A DNA stretch of 64,000 nucleotides from Dehalococcoidia bacterium (GTDB lineage: Bacteria; Chloroflexota; Dehalococcoidia; Plut-88900): positions 672,001 to 736,000 of the forward strand of contig OZ240215.1 of the NCBI GenBank assembly GCA_965197585.1. The letters run 5' to 3'. Position 1 is the stretch's first letter. Each line of letters begins with the position of its first letter. Shown here piece by piece: positions 58,674 through 64,000 of the stretch. The notes below the pieces were generated by a model. The model had not been told where the DNA came from and made no database searches. It saw only the letters and a list, made by a program, of their open reading frames with translations. The translations under genes and the position numbers were made by a program.

Positions 58674-61385
58674 CTATTGGCCGAGTTCGGAGAGGCGTTG
58701 GAGGAGGTTGGACTCTTCTTCTTGCCAGCCGGAGAGGCGGGTGCGTTCCTTTTCGACAACGTCGGCGGGAGCTTTGGAGAGGAATTGATTGTTCTCAAGG
58801 CGAGACTCGATCTGACCGATTCTCTTGTGAAGTTCTTCCAGGGACGACTGGAGCCGCTGGCGTTCACCAGCGAAGTCGAAGAGGCCGGCGAGGGGCAGGA
58901 AGATTCGGGTGGCCTTTTCGACGACCATGATGGAGTTTTCGGGTTGGGGGGCGTCGCCCGCCCGTGCCTCTACGGAGCATTGGGCTAGGGTTTCCAAGAA
59001 AGATCGGCCTCCGGGTCCGAGGGTATCACCGTCCAGTAATACAGCGGGGACCTTCTTGTTGGACTCGACCTTGCGCTCAGCGCGGACATTGCGTACACCG
59101 CGAACGAGGGCCATGAGAAGGCCGGCCCACTCCTCGGCTTCCGGGTCGACGGCAGTGGGGTTGGGGGTGGGGTATGCGGCGACCATTATGGAGTCGGGTC
59201 GATCACCGGATGCGGGCATTCGTTGCACGAGGGATTGCCAAATCTCCTCAGTTATGAAGGGCATGAAGGGGTGGAGGAGGCGAAGAGCGCCGTCGAGGAC
59301 ATGAGCCAGGACGGGGGCCGGGGAGGGAGAGTCGGGCAGGTCGCGTAGGCGAATCTTGGCGATCTCGATATACCAGTCGCAGAACTCGTTCCATATGAAG
59401 TCGTGGACGTACTCCTGGGCGTCGCCGAGGCGGAAGCCGTTGAGGGCACGGGTGACGTCCTCGACGGTGCGTTGGAAGCGGCTCAGGATCCAGCGGTCTT
59501 CTATGGGGAGGGGGATGGCAGGGGAGTCACCCTCACCCTGACCCTCTCCCCTCAAGGGAGAGGGGACGGAAAGAACGGAGGGGGACTGGTCGAGGATGGA
59601 GATGACATAGCGGGAGGCGTTCCAGAGCTTGTTGGTGAAGTTGCGGCTGGACCGAATCTTGGCCTCGCTGAGACGGCTGTCGTTGCCGGGGGCGGTGCCG
59701 ACGGTGAGGGCGAAGCGGAGGGCGTCGGCGCCGTGCTCGTCGATGATCTCGAGGGGATTGAGTACGTTGCCCTTAACCTTGCTCATCTTATCGCCATGTT
59801 CGTCCTGGATGAGGCCGTGGAGATAGACGGTGTGGAAGGGTATATCGCCCATGTTCTGGATGCCGAGCATGATCATGCGGGCGACCCAGAAGAAGAGGAT
59901 GTCGTAACCTGTTTCGAGGACTGCGCCGGGGTAGAAATAGCGGAGGTCGGCGGTGTTGTCGGGCCAACCGAGGGTGGAATGGGGCCAGAGTCCGGAGCTG
60001 AACCAAGTGTCCAGGACGTCGGGGTCCTGGCGAATATCGGCCGAGCCGCAACCCTCACAGGTTATCGGGTCATCCAGCGCAACGGTGAGGTGTTCGCACC
60101 GGTCGCAGTACCAGACGGGGATGCGGTGGCCCCACCAGAGCTGGCGGCTGATGCACCAGTCTCGGATGTTGTCCATCCAGTTGAGGTAGACCTTGGTGAA
60201 GCGGTCTGGGACTATGCGGATTCGGCCCTCGGTTACGGCGTTGGCGGCGGCCTCAGCCATGGGGCCGACCTTGACGAACCACTGCTTACCGGCCATAGGC
60301 TCGACGACTGTGTTGCAGCGCTGGCAGTGTCCGACGGAGTGGGTGAGGGGCTCGGCCTTATCGAGCAGGCCATCGGATTCGAGATCCTGGAGGATGCGGG
60401 CTCGGCACTCTGCGACGGTCATCCCGGTGTATTGGGGCCCAGCGGCCTCGGTCATTGAAGACCGGGGCCCGATGACGGTGATCAGGGGGAGGCTGTGGCG
60501 CTGGGCGATATCGAAGTCGTTGGGATCATGGGCTGGTGTTACTTTGACGGCGCCGGTGCCGAACTCGGTGTCGACCGCTGTGTCGGCGACGACGGGGATG
60601 GGGCGGTTTAGACGGGGGAGGATTACGTTCCGGCCGACGAAATCGGCGAAACGTTCATCGTCGGGGTTGACGGCGACGGCGGTGTCGCCGAGGAGGGTCT
60701 CGGGGCGGGTGGTTGCTACGGTGAGGCAGCGGGTCGGGTCATGGGCGTGGGGGTAGCGGATGTAGTAGAGCTTGCTTTCGACCTCCTGGTGGATGACCTC
60801 GAGGTCGGAGAGGGCGGTGGAGCAGCGGGGGCACCAGTTGATAATGCGCTCGCCGCGGTAGATGAGGCCCTTCTGGTAGAGATTGACGAATGTGGTGCGG
60901 ACGGCTCGGCTGGGGCCTTCGTCGAGGGTGAAGCGCTCTCGGGTCCAGTCGCAAGAAGCGCCGAGCCGCTTGTGCTGCTCGGCGATGGTGCGGCCGTATT
61001 GGCGTACCCATTCCCATACCCTCGCAACGAAGGCTTCTCGGCCGATTTCCTGCCGATTCTTCCCCTCTTTGGCGAGTTGTCTTTCTACGACGACTTGAGT
61101 TGCAATGCCTGCGTGGTCACTGCCCGGGAGCCAGAGGGTTGGGTCGCCCATCATGCGATGCCAGCGGATGAGTGCATCCTCGGCGGCGGCGGTCAGTGCG
61201 TGGCCGAGGTGGAGTTCACCCGTAACGTTGGGTGGGGGCATGATGATGACGAACGGCTGCTTACCCTCTTCTATGGATGGGGTGAAGTAGCCGTTGTCGA
61301 GCCAAAATTTGTAGATTCGGCCTTCGATCTCGGTGGGGTCGTAGACCTTTGGGATGCGGGCGAGGTTTTCAGTGCGGGTGGTCAT
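58674..61385 (-). CDS. valS: Valine--tRNA ligase
   Basis: PPPNVTGELHLGHA, DHAGIATQ, ATTRPET, DWCISRQLWWGH, KMSK, C-terminal coiled coil. Confidence 0.98.
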   Translation of the reverse strand: MTTRTENLARIPKVYDPTEIEGRIYKFWLDNGYFTPSIEEGKQPFVIIMPPPNVTGELHLGHALTAAAEDALIRWHRMMGDPTLWLPGSDHAGIATQVVVERQLAKEGKNRQEIGREAFVARVWEWVRQYGRTIAEQHKRLGASCDWTRERFTLDEGPSRAVRTTFVNLYQKGLIYRGERIINWCPRCSTALSDLEVIHQEVESKLYYIRYPHAHDPTRCLTVATTRPETLLGDTAVAVNPDDERFADFVGRNVILPRLNRPIPVVADTAVDTEFGTGAVKVTPAHDPNDFDIAQRHSLPLITVIGPRSSMTEAAGPQYTGMTVAECRARILQDLESDGLLDKAEPLTHSVGHCQRCNTVVEPMAGKQWFVKVGPMAEAAANAVTEGRIRIVPDRFTKVYLNWMDNIRDWCISRQLWWGHRIPVWYCDRCEHLTVALDDPITCEGCGSADIRQDPDVLDTWFSSGLWPHSTLGWPDNTADLRYFYPGAVLETGYDILFFWVARMIMLGIQNMGDIPFHTVYLHGLIQDEHGDKMSKVKGNVLNPLEIIDEHGADALRFALTVGTAPGNDSRLSEAKIRSSRNFTNKLWNASRYVISILDQSPSVLSVPSPLRGEGQGEGDSPAIPLPIEDRWILSRFQRTVEDVTRALNGFRLGDAQEYVHDFIWNEFCDWYIEIAKIRLRDLPDSPSPAPVLAHVLDGALRLLHPFMPFITEEIWQSLVQRMPASGDRPDSIMVAAYPTPNPTAVDPEAEEWAGLLMALVRGVRNVRAERKVESNKKVPAVLLDGDTLGPGGRSFLETLAQCSVEARAGDAPQPENSIMVVEKATRIFLPLAGLFDFAGERQRLQSSLEELHKRIGQIESRLENNQFLSKAPADVVEKERTRLSGWQEEESNLLQRLSELGQ
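59527..59566. repeat. REP-like palindrome inside valS
   Basis: TCACCCTCACCCTGACCCTCTCCCCTCAAGGGAGAGGGGA matches the intergenic copy at 58568; translated as PSPLRGEGQGEGD. Confidence 0.85.
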
Positions 61386-61842
61386 GGTGAGTTACGGTAG
61401 TGAGGTTGTTGGTGAGAGGGGGGATAACGTATTCGGAACTTTCGCTAGGGATGTTGGCCGATTCTAACGTTGCGAGAATTGGGGAGTCAATTTGTGGCAC
61501 TTGTTCAGTCAATAGGCGGCAGTTGACATATAACTATGTAGACGCGTGGACTATCAAAGAAAATCGGGTTTGCGTTTGATTGTCTGCGGGGAGCAGGCAC
61601 GAAATTTGATAGTTTGTGGAAATCCCGCAATGCCGTATTAATCGTACGTCTGTATTCGCCTTGGAAGGGGTGTATTGCTCGGCTTAGGTTCGGCCGGCTT
61701 TGGTGGAAGGTATTACGTTGGGCTGATGCGGGTTTCACGTGGACAGGATATGGGTGAGGGGTGGTGAGGGGCAAGGGGGCCGGTGACACATCGGAGAAGA
61801 GGTGAGGGCGTAGCCTATGACAGGTGATGGGGCAAGTCCTAG

Positions 61843-63038
61843 GAAACCTCTGAACAAGTCTAAGGGCATAGGTAATAGGTAAGATAAGGAGAGTAAGGCC
61901 AAAGCTGAGGTGAGATTTGATGAAGCAGCCGACATTTGCAGACTTGGAATACGAGGGCAAGAAGCGAAAGACCCGCCGGGAGATATTTCTGGAGCGGATG
62001 GAGGACCTGGTTCCATGGGGAAAGTTAGAGGAGCGAATCCGGCCCTACTATTCCAGGGCAGGCCGTGGACGGAGGCCCTACGAGTTGTCGGTGATGCTGC
62101 GGATACACTGCGTGCAGTTGTTCTACAATCTGAGCGATCCGGGCATGGAGGACATGCTCTACGAGGTGGAGTCGGTGAGGCGGTTCGCAGGTCTGAGGCT
62201 GTCCGGCCCCTTGCCTGACGAGACTACGATACTGAACTTCCGCCATCTGCTGGAAGAGCAGGAGTTGGGTCGGGGGCTGTTCGAGGAGATCAACCGTCAT
62301 CTGGAGTCTCGGGGACTGAGGCTCAGGGAGGGTACGATTGTGGATGCGAGCATCATCGAGGCGCCGGCGTCTACGAAGAACCGTGCTGGAGAGCGAGACC
62401 CCGATATGCACCAGGTGAAGAAGGGGAAGGAGTGGCACTTCGGTATGAAAGTGCACATTGGTGCAGACGCTGACACGGGGGTGGTGCACAGTATGAGTAC
62501 GACACCTGCGAACGTGCATGACGTGACGGAGGCGCACCGGCTGCTGCATGGAGGGGAGAGGCGAGTGTGGGGAGATGCGGGATATCAGGGAGTGGAGAAG
62601 CGGGCGGAGAATCGGGATATGGATGTGGAGTGGCGGGTGGCGATGAGACCTGGACGGCGTCGGAAACTGAGGGCGGGGAGCTGCGAGGCCTTGGCGGAGA
62701 AGAGCAAATCATCCATCAGGGCTAAGGTGGAGCATCCGTTCCTGTACGTGAAACGGCACTTCGGCTACGCCAAGGTCCGCTACAGGGGCCTGTACAAGAA
62801 CACGCAACGGGTGGCGATGCTGCTGGGGCTGGCCAACTTGGTAAGGGCCGAGCGCCACTTAGCGGTGTGACGGAGGAGCAGTGTGGTCAAATCCGGGTTG
62901 ATGGTGACTGGATGCCCTGACAGGCCAGAACATAGGATGCAAATAAGCCACCGGGACGCAACATTACGACCCAACCTCTCCCCAAAACTCCATGCAAGAC
63001 AACCTAAGCTGGTTTACAGTGAGTTGTTCAGAGCTTCC
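61843..63038 (+). mobile_element. IS5-family insertion sequence (1196 bp)
   Basis: TIRs GAAACCTCTGAACAA / TTGTTCAGAGCTTCC; CTAG target duplication at 61839-61842 and 63039-63042. Confidence 0.93.
61920..62870 (+). CDS. IS5-family transposase
   Basis: KKRKTRREIFL, PDETTILNFRHLLE, VDASII, WHFGMKVHIG, GDAGYQG, RAKVEHPF, KVRYRGL. Confidence 0.96.
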   Translation: MKQPTFADLEYEGKKRKTRREIFLERMEDLVPWGKLEERIRPYYSRAGRGRRPYELSVMLRIHCVQLFYNLSDPGMEDMLYEVESVRRFAGLRLSGPLPDETTILNFRHLLEEQELGRGLFEEINRHLESRGLRLREGTIVDASIIEAPASTKNRAGERDPDMHQVKKGKEWHFGMKVHIGADADTGVVHSMSTTPANVHDVTEAHRLLHGGERRVWGDAGYQGVEKRAENRDMDVEWRVAMRPGRRRKLRAGSCEALAEKSKSSIRAKVEHPFLYVKRHFGYAKVRYRGLYKNTQRVAMLLGLANLVRAERHLAV

Positions 63039-63152
63039 CTAGATCCCTCGCGTGGCCTCGGGATGACACTGCAAATGGCGCCTCCGAGTCCAGGTGGTGA
63101 GGGAGGACATGGGGTACGGGACAGAAAGGAACGACGGCAGGAAAAGGGGTGA

Positions 63153-63905
63153 TTGCTGTGCTCCGGAGAATTGGCCTGTTTCTGCATTCCTTCGGTAAAT
63201 GCTCCGTTGAAGTACAATAAGTTCACCTTGAAGCAAGATCAACCGGGCTCCTGGGAGTTTTTCATCCCGCTGAATCGTGACCTGCCCAGCAACGAGCAGG
63301 AACGTGCCACGTCAGGACGAATCGCATCCAGGGTCGACATCCGACAACAGTTCTTCAGCCGGTGCAATGTTGATGGACTTGTATCGTGCCCCGGCTGTCT
63401 ACGCTCCTTCGCATGGCAATACTTGGATCTAATGGATGTGGATCATATCGTTCCGACAAGCAGAGGAGGAACGCACTCTTGGGACAACGTCCATTTGCTT
63501 TGCCGAACGTGCAACTCGAGCAAACAAAATGCTCCGCTGACATTCTTCCTTCAGAGAAAGACGATCCAAGATTGGGAAGAGGCGATCAAAGCCGCAGGAG
63601 AAGAACGGCCGAATGACCAACTGGATGGCCATTGGGCCTATTTTTTAGAATGCACCTTTTTTCTGAATGCTATCGACACCGACCCTGAATGGGGGCCTGC
63701 CTTCAATCTCATCGATCTATTCGCGCTGACGCTCGACGCCTTGCAAGGCATCATTTGGAAGCGACGCTCACAGGTCACTCAATCGACTCAAAAGAAACGG
63801 TTCACCAATGACATCGCCCAGCAGGGTGTACGGATCGCAATATCAAGAATTCGCAACTGCTGTGACAGTGGATGTAGGGTTTGTGCATCAGTGTCCCAAG
63901 ACTAG
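63153..63905 (+). CDS. HNH endonuclease domain protein
   Basis: CPGC...DVDHIVPTSRGGTHSWDNVHLLCRTCNSSK; lower GC; start uncertain. Confidence 0.8.
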   Translation: MLCSGELACFCIPSVNAPLKYNKFTLKQDQPGSWEFFIPLNRDLPSNEQERATSGRIASRVDIRQQFFSRCNVDGLVSCPGCLRSFAWQYLDLMDVDHIVPTSRGGTHSWDNVHLLCRTCNSSKQNAPLTFFLQRKTIQDWEEAIKAAGEERPNDQLDGHWAYFLECTFFLNAIDTDPEWGPAFNLIDLFALTLDALQGIIWKRRSQVTQSTQKKRFTNDIAQQGVRIAISRIRNCCDSGCRVCASVSQD

Positions 63906-64000
63906 CTCATGTTTGCCGTATTCGGCGCGCGATTGTGGGACAAGCGGCCTCTCACCTAGTTTGCTGCCATGAGTGTGACCAAATCGGCAGCCTTGTCTGG

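Noticed and set aside
61386-61490. T-box leader for valS (and alaS)
   Set aside because: Promoter-like elements are close to the starts, and no AAxxxGGTGGxACC T-box with terminator is seen
61505-61838. Minus-strand ORF next to the IS5
   Set aside because: It starts inside the IS, has no recognisable motif and atypical composition

Overview
High-GC bacterial chromosomal window. The 16S sequence, the unlinked 16S gene and three luciferase-like monooxygenases suggest Chloroflexota, Dehalococcoidia/SAR202-like (inference, no database search). Core genes: alaS-yqgF-aroE-aroC-aroKB-ggt, hsp20 divergent from dnaJ(cbpA)-hspR-clp, prs-secA-polX, valS and a solitary 16S rRNA gene. Catabolic genes: an SdhA/SdhB/CCG operon, a FadF/HdrD-like oxidoreductase, MmgE/PrpD, two enoyl-CoA hydratases with an acyl-CoA ligase, LLM oxidoreductases, an amidohydrolase and a LarA-domain protein. 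Accessory DNA: a C-protein-regulated type II R-M cassette with visible operators, an intact IS5, an HNH nuclease and many nested REP/MITE-like repeats. Most interesting: (1) five tandem ureohydrolases alternating metal-ligand-deficient and intact subunits; (2) two paralogous unknown loci sharing a promoter with a LexA-like box, a leader hairpin and an N-terminal peptide; (3) an SdhA homologue lacking the dicarboxylate catalytic residues; (4) a ~99-nt helix-6 interior in 16S rRNA; (5) nested REP>MITE>REP elements, a REP in frame inside valS and an AT-rich in-frame insert in alaS.
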